In this document: positions 27,143-36,991 of the stretch, piece after piece | How positions within the stretch are numbered: the stretch's first letter is position 1 | Layout: each line of letters starts with the position of its first letter | DNA from: an uncultured Fidelibacterota bacterium | GTDB lineage: Bacteria > Fidelibacterota > Marinisomatia > Marinisomatales > UBA8229 | Reading direction: 5' to 3' | DNA length: 64,000 bases | Assembly: GCA_913041945.1 (NCBI GenBank) | Contig: CAJWIT010000003.1 | Location: 18,813 to 82,812 of the forward strand | Made by a program: the position numbers and the translations under genes | The notes under the pieces: model-generated | Database searches by the model: none | The model's input: the letters and a program-made list of their open reading frames with translations, nothing else | Told to the model about the DNA's origin: nothing

Positions 27143-28318
27143 ATGACAACAATCCTATCATTTATTTTGGTTATTGGTGTGCTGGTATTTTTCCACGAGC
27201 TGGGTCATTTTTTCGCAGCCCGGTCCGTAGGTGCCCGTGTGGATCGCTTCTCCATTGGATTCCCACCGCGGTTTATAACAATTACGTCTGTGCCAGGCGG
27301 TTTTGAATTCAGGTTGTTTTTTTATCGCAGGGATCAAGAAGGTAAAATTGCTTGGGGGCCGGTAAAGAGCTGGATGATAAGCAAACCTGTGCGAGAGGGT
27401 AGCGGAACAGAATATTGTTTGGCCATCATTCCATTAGGTGGGTATGTAAAAATAGCTGGTATGATTGATGAAAGTTTGGACGGTACAATAGAATGTAAAC
27501 CAGATGAACTCATGAGCAAACCTGTGTGGGCTCAGATATGGGTAATGAGTGCTGGGGTTATTATGAATATTCTTCTCGCATTTATTATTTTTACCGGCGT
27601 GGCTTGGAACCACGGCACACCGGCAGCCAGCAATGAACCCGTAATCCACACTTTAGTTGATGATATGCCAGCAAAAGCGGAAGGGCTATTGCCAGGCGAC
27701 AGAATAGTATCTATTAATGAAGTTCCCATATCTACATGGGATGAATTATCCCAAACTATTCATGCAATACCAAACACACCCATTACGCTTACTTTTCAAA
27801 GGGATAATATTGAATATCAAAAGTCATTGACTACGAATTTCCAAATTCAGCATGTCAATGGCAGGGCGGATACGCTTGGTGCAATTGGTATTATCCCTGG
27901 AATTACTTATCAACCGATAGGATTTTTAGAAGCAACGCAAATGGGTGCTCTTTCAACCATAAGAGGTTTTGGATTAATTGTTTTATCGATCAAGATGCTT
28001 GTATCCGGCGAGGCATCTGTTAGTGATTTAGGTGGACCAATTTTGATTGCTCAATTAGCAGGGGAATGGGCTCGCGCAGGCTGGATATCATTGTTGACAT
28101 TTATGGCTCTCATAAGCTGTAATCTTGCCTTTATTAATTTTCTGCCTGTTCCAGGATTGGACGGAGGTCACGTTTTTATCCTGCTTGTAGAATCATTGCT
28201 GCGCCGCAAATTTACTATTAAAACCCGAATGGTTATCCAACAGATTGGCATGGCATTGTTACTATTATTAATGGTTACAGTCATGATTAATGATATCGTC
28301 CGGCTTTTTACAAATTAA
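27143..28318 (+). CDS. rseP: RIP site-2 metalloprotease RseP (M50 family)
   Basis: HELGHF is present, with a PDZ-like insert (GLLPGDRIVSINEV). The second motif is FINFLPVPGLDGGH. Confidence 0.92.
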   Translation: MTTILSFILVIGVLVFFHELGHFFAARSVGARVDRFSIGFPPRFITITSVPGGFEFRLFFYRRDQEGKIAWGPVKSWMISKPVREGSGTEYCLAIIPLGGYVKIAGMIDESLDGTIECKPDELMSKPVWAQIWVMSAGVIMNILLAFIIFTGVAWNHGTPAASNEPVIHTLVDDMPAKAEGLLPGDRIVSINEVPISTWDELSQTIHAIPNTPITLTFQRDNIEYQKSLTTNFQIQHVNGRADTLGAIGIIPGITYQPIGFLEATQMGALSTIRGFGLIVLSIKMLVSGEASVSDLGGPILIAQLAGEWARAGWISLLTFMALISCNLAFINFLPVPGLDGGHVFILLVESLLRRKFTIKTRMVIQQIGMALLLLLMVTVMINDIVRLFTN

Positions 28319-29036
28319 TGGTCTTTAATTTCATAACCATGGTTCCATATTTAATTTTTAATATAATTTGAACTGGTATTTTATATATATCATTACTGAA
28401 CCATATTGTCATATCCCCCTCATTTTTCAGTAGTGTTTTCCCTTCTCTGAATGGCCTGACTACCATACAATCAAATCTCCCCGCCGGAACAGAAATAGAT
28501 TCTTTTTCTGTGATAATCATTTGAAATTCTGTTAAAGATTGGTTGTCAAACACAGTAAAATTCATTGTTACCTTGGGGATTAATTCAAGCGTCCGGAAAT
28601 AATAAAACAGTGAATAAGGATCGTATAACCTGCCTTGTATTGGAATTGTATCTTTATTCACAATTGCTATTGAGTGATCATACATAATTTGAGAATGAGA
28701 AGTGAATCTGTATTTTCCCTCCCGAATGTTTTTGGTCTGTTGATGGGTAAAAAATTCTTTTTCGTCTAACCACGAATTAACATTGTCTCTAATTTTATAA
28801 ATCTTATCTGCTATTGGGCCAGTCCGAGCTTCATATCTCACATGATATGCAGGGAAGTTATTTACAGTGTCAATTGATACAACTGTTAAAAACGCTTTCC
28901 CAGCAGGGATAAAATTAAATTTAGCTGAGTATTCTAATCTCTCGCCAACGCTGAACGGTAATTTTTCAGCGAGAGTATAGTGATAAAAAAATCCTACTAT
29001 TATAATGAGGGAATAAATTTTATTTAATAGCTTCAT
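28308..29036 (-). CDS. DUF3108-like exported protein
   Basis: A signal peptide is followed by a GERLEYSAKFNFIPAGKA...YHVRYEARTG...YKIRDNVNSW...VPAGRFDCMVVRPF pattern typical of DUF3108. Confidence 0.55.
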   Translation of the reverse strand: MKLLNKIYSLIIIVGFFYHYTLAEKLPFSVGERLEYSAKFNFIPAGKAFLTVVSIDTVNNFPAYHVRYEARTGPIADKIYKIRDNVNSWLDEKEFFTHQQTKNIREGKYRFTSHSQIMYDHSIAIVNKDTIPIQGRLYDPYSLFYYFRTLELIPKVTMNFTVFDNQSLTEFQMIITEKESISVPAGRFDCMVVRPFREGKTLLKNEGDMTIWFSNDIYKIPVQIILKIKYGTMVMKLKTINL

Positions 29037-29623
29037 TTTCTGATTATTTCAAAATGTGTTTCTTTCAGTTTTATTACTTTTGAACCTTTCGATGGTGGAA
29101 GATCACCAGCATCGATCAGTAAATCAAAAGAAGATCCAAATAATTCCATAATATCATCAACTTTGTTTAATGGTGGCATACCACTATGGTTTACGCTTGT
29201 TGTTGTAATCGGTTTTCCGAGTTGGCTTACTAAATCAATTCCAAAATTATGATTGGGGATTCGAAGCCCTATTGTTTCGTCTTGTCCGGAGATTATTGGA
29301 TGAACAAAACCTGTTTTTAATGGAACAATTACTGTGTTGGAACTCTGTAATTGTTCAGCAACCATTTTTTTTTGTTTGGAAGATAATTTTGAAATAGTAA
29401 ATGCCATTTCCAAATTATTGATCAGGATACTTATTGGCCCTGTCCTCTTTTTAATGTGATTTAAGTTATTAATAGCCTTTTCATTAGTAGCATCCACACC
29501 AAAGCCGTAAAGTGTATCTGTCGGATAAACAATGGTACCTCCGTTTTGGACAATTATTTTTGCTTCCTGAATAGCGTTTGGATTCGAAACCGAAATTCGG
29601 TTTGAAGAATAGAAATTATCCAT
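29033..29623 (-). CDS. tsaC: L-threonylcarbamoyladenylate synthase (TsaC/YrdC family)
   Basis: Motifs seen are GGTIVYPTDTLYGFGVDA, RIPNH, TTSVNHSG and PSKGSKVIKL. Confidence 0.88.
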   Translation of the reverse strand: MDNFYSSNRISVSNPNAIQEAKIIVQNGGTIVYPTDTLYGFGVDATNEKAINNLNHIKKRTGPISILINNLEMAFTISKLSSKQKKMVAEQLQSSNTVIVPLKTGFVHPIISGQDETIGLRIPNHNFGIDLVSQLGKPITTTSVNHSGMPPLNKVDDIMELFGSSFDLLIDAGDLPPSKGSKVIKLKETHFEIIRK

Positions 29624-30485
29624 TGTTCTGAATTGATTTAGTTTTCCAACGTCGGTGCCACCAGAAATATTGTTCGGGATGTTGTTTTATTATCTCTTCG
29701 AGAATTGTACTGTACCGTTGTGTTATATCCTTAACTGTATCATGGGGGTCTGAAACAATTCTTTCACAGTTTATTTCATACTTATTTGATGATTGCCAAG
29801 CACATGTAATAAATACCATTGGGGCTCCTGTATTTTTGTGAAAACGGGCAGCGCCTTTTGGTGTTGATGCCTGCTGATTCAAAAAGTTGACAAATATCCC
29901 CCGGTTCTTCGCATCTTGGTCACTCACAAGACCAAGCATCTTTCCTTCTGATAAGACCCGGTACATTTTTTCAATAGGTTCTTTCCGAAAGATATGAACA
30001 AAACCGCTCATCTCCCGCTGTTCTCTGGAAAACTGGTCTGATCCACGGTTCCGCTGACGATGAGCCACCCCAACAATCGGGTAACCATTATAACCAAGCC
30101 AAGCAGATAGTAATTCGAAAGCACCAAAATGACCGGTTATTATAATGACACCTTTTCCTTGTTTTATTGCCCCATCTAAATATTTTTTACCTCTGATAGA
30201 AATAGATTTTGAAAAGTAGGAAGAAGGGAAGGAAAAAAACTGGATAAAATTGTGCATAAAAAATTGATAACAATTTTTTAAAACGTTTCGTTTCCATTGT
30301 AATGACCTTTTGGGGAATGAACAAGCTATGTTACTAGCAGCTACGTGTTTTCGGATAGGGATACAGTGAAAAAAAAAGCCGGATAATTTATGGGAGAATA
30401 TTTGGTTTCGATAATGAGATCTGGTCTTGAGCCATTTCGAAAAATATCTTAATAGTTTGTAGGTAAGTTTGTGGGTTAATTTCAT
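29616..30485 (-). CDS. Lipid A biosynthesis (Kdo2-lipid IVA) late acyltransferase family, LpxL/HtrB-like
   Basis: The LPLAT motif is ITGHFGAFE (HX4E). FVNFLNQQASTPKGAARF and a C-terminal PEQYFWWHRRWK are also present. The internal ATG at 30485 is preferred, because the longer ORF reaching 30578 would run into the divergent nfeD upstream region. Confidence 0.78.
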   Translation of the reverse strand: MKLTHKLTYKLLRYFSKWLKTRSHYRNQIFSHKLSGFFFHCIPIRKHVAASNIACSFPKRSLQWKRNVLKNCYQFFMHNFIQFFSFPSSYFSKSISIRGKKYLDGAIKQGKGVIIITGHFGAFELLSAWLGYNGYPIVGVAHRQRNRGSDQFSREQREMSGFVHIFRKEPIEKMYRVLSEGKMLGLVSDQDAKNRGIFVNFLNQQASTPKGAARFHKNTGAPMVFITCAWQSSNKYEINCERIVSDPHDTVKDITQRYSTILEEIIKQHPEQYFWWHRRWKTKSIQNNG

Positions 30486-30608
30486 GAAATACAGAAATGT
30501 ACTATTTAGTGAATCAGCGTAATCTAATAAAAAATATTTATGTTTAAGTAACTTTTTACCCTTCACGAACATTTGCAACCTTCTCTAGTTCGCCGTAAAC
30601 TCAGGCTT

Positions 30609-31970
30609 ATGAAGAAACCACTTATTTTTTCAATTCTATTTCTTTTTTGTAAATTGGTTGGTTCACAGCCAATTGTTTACAAAATTCCTATTCAGAGGAC
30701 AATAGATTTAGGTCTTCCCCCGTTTATTGAAAGAATTATTCAAAATGCTGAAGAAGAGAATGCAGATGCAATTATTTTTGATATTAACACATTTGGCGGA
30801 AGGGTTGATGCTGCGACTCAAATAAAGGATGCGATTCTTTCAAGTAATGTTTTAACAGTCGCTTTTATCAACCGCCGTGCGATTTCTGCAGGGGCCCTTA
30901 TTTCTCTTTCCTGTGAGAAAATTTATATAACTGGTGGTGGTACTATTGGTGCTGCTACAGCAGTGGATATGAAGGGAAATAAAGGCTCCGAGAAGGTGAT
31001 TAGCTACATGCGGGAGGAAATGGCATCAACCGCAGAAAAACGCAACCGCAACACAACTATTGCAAAAGGAATGGTGGATGAAGAACTGAGTTTTACTCAT
31101 TTGGTAATTGATGGGGACTCAGTAGAGGTAACTGACTTAGAAGGAAAAAAGGAAGGGAAGCTGATTACTCTTACAACGGAATTGGCCCTGAAATATAAAA
31201 TTGCGGATGGCGAAGCAGAAACAGTTGATAATGTTCTCACTATCCTTGAAATGGATGGTGCAGAAATACGGTCTGCCAGAGTGAATTGGTCTGAAAATTT
31301 TGTACGTTTCCTCACAAACCCGGTTGTGGCATCACTGCTTATGACATTCGGATTTCTGGGGATTTTGTTTGAATTACAAAGTCCTGGCTGGGGAATTCCT
31401 GGCACCTTTGGCTCTGTTTGCTTGGCACTTTCCCTGGGAGCGTCCTATATTGCTAAACTGGCAACCATGACCGATTTGATTATCATCTTTGTAGGTGTTG
31501 CTTTACTGCTTGTTGAGGTGGTATTTATCCCGGGCTTTGGATTTGCAGGAATCGCAGGAATAGGAGTTCTTTTATGGGGATTGTACGAGTTGTTACTTCC
31601 GGATGTTCCAGTAAACCCGGAGGTAACATCAATGGCATTAACGGGTTTAACAATAGGAATAATCGGGGGAATAATCGGACTGGTACTCTTATTTCGCTTA
31701 ATGACGAAAACGCGTTTTTGGACAAAATTAACTGCCCCAGGGATAGAAAGTCACGAAAAAGGCTATGATATATCCCTGGGATGGGAAAACCTTGAGGGGA
31801 CAGAGGGCATTGCTTCAACAGACTTGAGACCGTCCGGGTGGATCAATATAGGTGAACAGCGTATATTTGTAGTCAGCGAAGGAGATTATATTTCTAAAAA
31901 TGACCAGGTAAAAGTTTTATCTGTAGATGGAAATCGGGTCGTCGTCCGCAAATTAAACACAAATAGTTAG
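30609..31970 (+). CDS. nfeD: NfeD-family membrane-bound ClpP-class serine protease
   Basis: It has a signal/TM segment and a ClpP-like domain (IFDINTFGGRVDAA, AISAGALISL, GAATAV). A multi-TM middle region follows, and then a C-terminal OB-fold NfeD domain (GIASTDLRPSGWINIGEQRIFVVSEG). ATG 30609 is preferred over TTG 30573. Confidence 0.88.
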   Translation: MKKPLIFSILFLFCKLVGSQPIVYKIPIQRTIDLGLPPFIERIIQNAEEENADAIIFDINTFGGRVDAATQIKDAILSSNVLTVAFINRRAISAGALISLSCEKIYITGGGTIGAATAVDMKGNKGSEKVISYMREEMASTAEKRNRNTTIAKGMVDEELSFTHLVIDGDSVEVTDLEGKKEGKLITLTTELALKYKIADGEAETVDNVLTILEMDGAEIRSARVNWSENFVRFLTNPVVASLLMTFGFLGILFELQSPGWGIPGTFGSVCLALSLGASYIAKLATMTDLIIIFVGVALLLVEVVFIPGFGFAGIAGIGVLLWGLYELLLPDVPVNPEVTSMALTGLTIGIIGGIIGLVLLFRLMTKTRFWTKLTAPGIESHEKGYDISLGWENLEGTEGIASTDLRPSGWINIGEQRIFVVSEGDYISKNDQVKVLSVDGNRVVVRKLNTNS

Positions 31971-31979
31971 GAGAAACTT

Positions 31980-32993
31980 ATGAGTATTGCTTCAATTGTT
32001 TTATTGGCATTTGTACTATTCTTTGTTTTCGTAATCTTTTATTATGTCCCGGTTGGATTGTGGGTTCAGGCGGTGGTTAGCTTGGGTCTGGGCAGAATAA
32101 CGATTATTGATCTTATCCGAATGCGTTTAAGAAAAATCCCCCCCCGGCTGGTTACGGATTCAGTTATTAATTCTCATAAGGCTGGCTTGGACACTATTAC
32201 AACTGAGGATCTTGAAACCCACTTTCTTGCTGGAGGAAATGTAGCCAATGTTGTAGCAGCAATGATTGCAGCAGATAAAGCAAAAATTGATCTCCCTTTT
32301 ACCATCGCAACTGCGATTGACCTTGCTGGACGTGATGTGAAAACAGCGGTTCAAACAAGTGTATACCCAAAAGTAATTGATGCTCCAAAGGAAGGCACCC
32401 TTGCTGCAGTAGCAAAGGATGGAATCGAAGTGAAGGCGAGAGCCAGAGTTACGGTGCGGACCAATATCCCCGGGTTGGTTGGCGGTGCCACTGATGAAAC
32501 TATTATCGCCAGAGTCGGTGAGGGAATTGTAAGTGCAATCGGTTCATCGGAAACCTATAAAAAGGTACTGGAAAACCCGGATAATATTTCTAAAGCGGTT
32601 CTTGTAAAAGGACTGGATGCGGGCACAGCGTATGAAATTTTGTCCATAGATATTGCAGATGTTGACTTGGGAAAAAACATTGGCGCCCGTCTACAGGCCG
32701 ATCAAGCAGAGGCAGACCTTCGGGTTGCCCAGGCGAGGGCAGAAACGCGGCGAGCTATGGCTGTTGCCGAGGAGCAGGAAATGAAAGCACGGACTCAGCA
32801 AATGCAGGCCACGGTTGTGGAAGCAGAAGCAGAAGTACCGAAAGCTATGTCCCAGGCATTTCGTGAAGGCAATCTTGGGATCTTTGATTATTATAACATG
32901 AAAAATATCAAGGCGGATACAGGGATGAGAGATGCCATATCTGGCGAAGGTACCAGTGAATCAACCAAACCTCCTGATCCTCATAACCAATAA
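31980..32993 (+). CDS. floA: Flotillin-like protein FloA (UPF0365/YqfA family)
   Basis: It aligns by eye across nearly its whole length with B. subtilis FloA. Shared segments include [60 protein letters not shown] and [12 protein letters not shown]. Confidence 0.93.
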   Translation: MSIASIVLLAFVLFFVFVIFYYVPVGLWVQAVVSLGLGRITIIDLIRMRLRKIPPRLVTDSVINSHKAGLDTITTEDLETHFLAGGNVANVVAAMIAADKAKIDLPFTIATAIDLAGRDVKTAVQTSVYPKVIDAPKEGTLAAVAKDGIEVKARARVTVRTNIPGLVGGATDETIIARVGEGIVSAIGSSETYKKVLENPDNISKAVLVKGLDAGTAYEILSIDIADVDLGKNIGARLQADQAEADLRVAQARAETRRAMAVAEEQEMKARTQQMQATVVEAEAEVPKAMSQAFREGNLGIFDYYNMKNIKADTGMRDAISGEGTSESTKPPDPHNQ

Positions 32994-33045
32994 CATCGAG
33001 TAATTAAAAAATTATAAGTTCACCCAACCATAGGAGCATTTGATA

Positions 33046-33534
33046 ATGGAAGGAATTGGGTATTGGATATTTCTGTTGGCTTTGTATTTGATTTCCACGT
33101 TGGCAAAAAAGCGGAAACAGAAAAGTGCATGGGAGGCACTGGACAAGGAAGAAGAAAATCAGGAAGACACACGGTCAAAACCTGATTTTATAGAGCAATT
33201 TTTTGGAGATTTGGTATCAAAGGAAGAAAAACCTGTCATATCGGAGATAGAACCGGATCCGGAAGAAGTTTATGCTGAAGAAGAAACTCCCATTGAAACT
33301 GAATCCATTCCCCCTGAAGTAGAAGCTGATTTATCTCATCCGTCTTTCGAAACGTATGAGTCCCATGTTGATGAGAGACATGTGGGAACAATTTCTCACT
33401 GGGATCTACCTGAGAAAAAATCCGCAGGAGAATCCCTAGAAAGTATTTTAGGACAGTTGAAAGGTAAAACGAATTTACGGCGAGCTATTATTCTTAAAGA
33501 GATTTTGGAAAAGCCCTTAGCATTACGAGACTGA
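33046..33534 (+). CDS. Small membrane-anchored acidic protein (hypothetical), third gene of the nfeD-floA operon
   Basis: An N-terminal TM segment is followed by KKRKQK, a long Glu/Pro-rich low-complexity linker and a C-terminal RRAIILKEILEKPLALR motif. The SD TAGGAG lies 9 nt upstream of ATG 33046. Confidence 0.55.
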   Translation: MEGIGYWIFLLALYLISTLAKKRKQKSAWEALDKEEENQEDTRSKPDFIEQFFGDLVSKEEKPVISEIEPDPEEVYAEEETPIETESIPPEVEADLSHPSFETYESHVDERHVGTISHWDLPEKKSAGESLESILGQLKGKTNLRRAIILKEILEKPLALRD

Positions 33535-33569
33535 TCTCATGGGAATATTTTCTGATCTAGGAGGAGTTT

Positions 33570-34163
33570 TCAGACCAGTTTAGCGTATACTTTTTTGATT
33601 TGTGTTTTTAATTCTTTTTCAGTACCATTATTCTGCAGTGTAAAATCTGCAAGGCTTACTTTTTCTTCATCACTCCACTGCAATTCAATCCTTCGCAGAA
33701 CATCTTCTCTGGTAAGGTTGCTATTTTTTAGTACCCGTGACATTCGATGTTTTATATTTGCCGTGATGACAACGGTATAGTCCAGATGGGTGTTGAGACC
33801 TGATTCAAATATCAAGGCTCCATCTACAATGAAGACAGGGTGTTTTTTTTGTGATGATACCCTGTCAAATGACTTATCAATTATCTGGAAAATATGGGGA
33901 TGAATAATGGAGTTTAGGATAAATTGATGGTCTTCATCTTGAAAACTGACACGAGCTAGTTTGGCACGGTCAATTTCATTTTTCCCGTTCAGGATGTTGG
34001 TTCCAAATTCCTTGATGAGTTCATTCTGGATACTTTCGGAAGTGTCCAGCAATCGTTTTGCTTCCTTGTCGGCATCGAAGATAAAAGCCCCCAAGTCCTT
34101 AAACGCCGTGCTGGCAGTGCTTTTACCAGTACCAATTCCTCCGGTGAGTCCAACCTTAAGCAC
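33570..34163 (-). CDS. coaE: Dephospho-CoA kinase
   Basis: The P-loop is VGLTGGIGTGKST. Length is 197 aa, with typical CoaE architecture. Confidence 0.9.
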   Translation of the reverse strand: MLKVGLTGGIGTGKSTASTAFKDLGAFIFDADKEAKRLLDTSESIQNELIKEFGTNILNGKNEIDRAKLARVSFQDEDHQFILNSIIHPHIFQIIDKSFDRVSSQKKHPVFIVDGALIFESGLNTHLDYTVVITANIKHRMSRVLKNSNLTREDVLRRIELQWSDEEKVSLADFTLQNNGTEKELKTQIKKVYAKLV

Positions 34164-34165
34164 AA

Positions 34166-34726
34166 CTAAGTGAGTGACTTGATAATGCGGTGGGTGATCT
34201 CGGCTATTTCACCGATTCCGTTCACCTCTATCAATATTTGTTGTTTTCTATAATAATCAATAAGAGGAGCTGTTTGATCCCAGTAAACCTGCTGTCTTTT
34301 GCGAATGACATCTGGAGAATCATCATCCCTCCCAGATTCTTGACCACGTAAAATAAGTCTTCTGATCAGTTCATCGCTGTCAGCGGTAAGATTCACAGCT
34401 CGATCCAACGATTGGTTCAAATCTTCTAAGATGGAATCCAGCCCCTGGGCTTGGGGCAGGGTCCGGGGAAATCCATCCAGGAGATATCCTTCCATACAGT
34501 CATCCTGGCGCAGGCGATTATTCATCATTTCTAGGAGTAGATTGTCGGGAACAAGTTGTCCATCGTTCATGAATGTTTTTGCTTGCCCCCCCAATCTGGT
34601 ATTGGTATTTATTTCTTCCCGTAGGATATCACCAGTGGACAGGTGTACTATCTTAAAATGGGTTTTTAACCTTTTTGCCTGAGTTCCTTTCCCGACTCCC
34701 GGGGGTCCCATAAAAACAAGTCGCAT
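34166..34726 (-). CDS. adk: Adenylate kinase (short form, no zinc lid)
   Basis: Motifs seen are FMGPPGVGKGTQA, HLSTGDILR, GYLLDGFPRT and RxDD. Confidence 0.95.
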   Translation of the reverse strand: MRLVFMGPPGVGKGTQAKRLKTHFKIVHLSTGDILREEINTNTRLGGQAKTFMNDGQLVPDNLLLEMMNNRLRQDDCMEGYLLDGFPRTLPQAQGLDSILEDLNQSLDRAVNLTADSDELIRRLILRGQESGRDDDSPDVIRKRQQVYWDQTAPLIDYYRKQQILIEVNGIGEIAEITHRIIKSLT

Positions 34727-34743
34727 ATGTGTATTAATTCCGG

Positions 34744-35961
34744 TTAAATTAATATTCCCGCGATAGAAGCTGTCATCCAGGAAGCAAGTGCGCCCCCTAA
34801 CATAGCTTTTATTGCCAAGGCGGCAAGATCCTTTCGTCTTTCAGGTGCCATTCCTCCGATACCTCCAAGTTGGATTCCAATTGATCCAAAATTCGCAAAT
34901 CCGCATAGTGCGTAACTGGCAATAATCGCTGTTCTATCTGAAATTGCCTGTTCTAATCTTAAGTCTCTCAAATCACTATAGGCAATTAATTCTGTTAAGG
35001 TTATTTTTTCACCCATCAGGACTCCTACCATTTGAGCTTCTTCCCAGGAAATGCCCATGGCCCATGCCAGTGGCCGAAAAATAAAACCAAGTATTCCCTG
35101 AAGAGATGTGTCCGCAAATGTCAAAAAGTAATTAATCATCGCAATCAGTGCAACAAAAGCAACCAACATGGCTGCAACATTTGCAGCAAGTTTTAGTCCC
35201 TCTGTTGCGCCCCGGCCCAGGGCTTCCATAGCGTTGGAGTCAGGTTTTTCTATTATAATATTTAGGTCCCCTGAGGTTTCTGAATGATCAGTTTCAGGAT
35301 AAATGATTTTTGCTACGACCATTGCAGCAGGGGCTGACATCACTGATGCCGCCAAAAGATGGCCCGCAATACCCGGGATGTCTTTTAACCAGATGACGTA
35401 GAGTGCCAAAACACCCCCAGCGACTGTAGCGAAACCCCCAGTCATAACAGCCATGAGTTCGGATTGAGTCATGGTGCGGATAAAAGGGCGAATCATGAGC
35501 GGAGCCTCCGTTTGACCAACAAATATATTCGCTGCCACACTCAGGGTCTCTGACCCGCTGGTTCCCATGGATTTTTGCATTATTCGAGAGATCCATTTTA
35601 CAATGAACTGGATAACACCAAAGTGATATAATACAGTCATAAGACTGGAAAAAAAAATGATTGTAGGAAGAGCACGGAAAGCAAAATTTACCATAGCCTC
35701 ATGATAACCAACCCCAGGGACAAGAGATTTGAAAAGAAAATCACTTCCCGCATCAGAAAAGCTGATTAGTTTTGTAATCACTTTATCAAAAAACCCGAAC
35801 AAGGGTTTGCCCAAAGGGGTTTTTAGAATTAATATACCAAAGATGAACTGGAGACTGAGTCCCCAGGCAATAATACGGTAATTTATTTGCCTCCGATTAT
35901 TGGAGAGGATAAAAGCCATTCCCAAAAGCAAAATCATTCCTATCAGTCCCTGGGGGTGCAT
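34744..35961 (-). CDS. nupC: NupC/NupG-family concentrative nucleoside transporter
   Basis: This is a 405-aa polytopic protein. The N-terminal Nucleos_tra2_N-like region is IAWGLSLQFIFGILILKT, and the C-terminal region includes GFANFGSIGIQ. Confidence 0.85.
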   Translation of the reverse strand: MHPQGLIGMILLLGMAFILSNNRRQINYRIIAWGLSLQFIFGILILKTPLGKPLFGFFDKVITKLISFSDAGSDFLFKSLVPGVGYHEAMVNFAFRALPTIIFFSSLMTVLYHFGVIQFIVKWISRIMQKSMGTSGSETLSVAANIFVGQTEAPLMIRPFIRTMTQSELMAVMTGGFATVAGGVLALYVIWLKDIPGIAGHLLAASVMSAPAAMVVAKIIYPETDHSETSGDLNIIIEKPDSNAMEALGRGATEGLKLAANVAAMLVAFVALIAMINYFLTFADTSLQGILGFIFRPLAWAMGISWEEAQMVGVLMGEKITLTELIAYSDLRDLRLEQAISDRTAIIASYALCGFANFGSIGIQLGGIGGMAPERRKDLAALAIKAMLGGALASWMTASIAGILI

Positions 35962-35966
35962 TTTTT

Positions 35967-36527
35967 TTATTCCTTAGGCGGTTGAAAACAGTTGCGGCAC
36001 CGGGCTTCGTAGATATCGGTTTCCCCAACAACAATTTGTCTGGTTTGCTTTGTTTTTCGTTGTGTACAGGATGCGGGATTTCCGCAGATCATACAGATGG
36101 CTCTCAATTTATCCAGAAAGTCTGCTTCACACATAAGCAGGGGCATGGGTCCAAATGGATTCCCGCGGAAATCTGTATCCAATCCAGCAATGATCACCCG
36201 TTTTTTCTCTGACGCAAGAGATTTACATACATTTACCAGGTAATCATCAAAGAACTGGGCTTCATCGACACCAATAACCTCCGAGTCTTGAGCCAATTCC
36301 ATGATTTCCTGAGCATTATTTACGAGGTGAGAATCCATTTTCATATTATTGTGGGAAACAATTTGGTTTTCGCTGTAGCGGTTATCCATATGAGGTTTGA
36401 AAATGGCAGTGGATACTTTGGCGAATTGAGCCCGGCGCAATCGGCGGATTAACTCTTCCGTTTTCCCGCTGAACATGCTGCCACAGATCACTTCAATCCA
36501 ACCTGAATCACGAGGGGTTAAAGTCAT
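35967..36527 (-). CDS. tdk: Thymidine kinase
   Basis: The P-loop is GSMFSGKTEELIRR. VIGVDEAQFF is present, and the C-terminal zinc ribbon is CMICG...CRNC. Confidence 0.95.
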   Translation of the reverse strand: MTLTPRDSGWIEVICGSMFSGKTEELIRRLRRAQFAKVSTAIFKPHMDNRYSENQIVSHNNMKMDSHLVNNAQEIMELAQDSEVIGVDEAQFFDDYLVNVCKSLASEKKRVIIAGLDTDFRGNPFGPMPLLMCEADFLDKLRAICMICGNPASCTQRKTKQTRQIVVGETDIYEARCRNCFQPPKE

Positions 36528-36588
36528 AATGCTGTTTTTATTTGGCCAATGTATAGGTCATTTGACAGGTTTTCCATATCAACTTTAG

Positions 36589-36969
36589 TCATTTTAATTT
36601 GTTTTCGTCAAATGCATCCGGCAATAAAGTCTTGCTTTCCTTTTCCCTTACATTACCATGTTCATCCGTAATGTACACCGGTATATTCCCACATAAATCC
36701 CAGATTACCTGGCGGCAGGCCCCACATGGATTCCCGCTATTTTTGCTTGCCACGGCCAATGCTTTGAAAGATAAATGTCCTTTTGAAACTGCTGTGAATA
36801 ATGCTGTTCTTTCAGCACAGCAGGTTAGTCCGTAACTGCTGGATTCCACATTACAGCCGCCGATAATGGTCTCATCTTCAGTAAGAACAGCTGCACCCAC
36901 TTTATATTTTGAATAAGGTGCGTATGCTTTTTCCATCATAGCGATTGCGTGGTGAATCAGTTTTTTCAT
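36589..36969 (-). CDS. cdd: Cytidine deaminase (homotetrameric type)
   Basis: The zinc motifs CAERTALF and PCGACRQ are present. Length is 126 aa. Confidence 0.93.
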   Translation of the reverse strand: MKKLIHHAIAMMEKAYAPYSKYKVGAAVLTEDETIIGGCNVESSSYGLTCCAERTALFTAVSKGHLSFKALAVASKNSGNPCGACRQVIWDLCGNIPVYITDEHGNVREKESKTLLPDAFDENKLK

Positions 36970-36991
36970 GGATTTTATAATTTTTGGTTAC

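Noticed and set aside
30486-30608. Extended starts for the divergent lpxL-like ORF (to 30578) and the nfeD ORF (TTG 30573), which would make the two genes overlap head-to-head.
   Set aside because: The internal ATGs at 30485 and 30609 give sensible N-termini: MKLTHK... with a TM segment, and MKKPLIF... with a signal peptide. They also leave a ~120-nt divergent promoter region.
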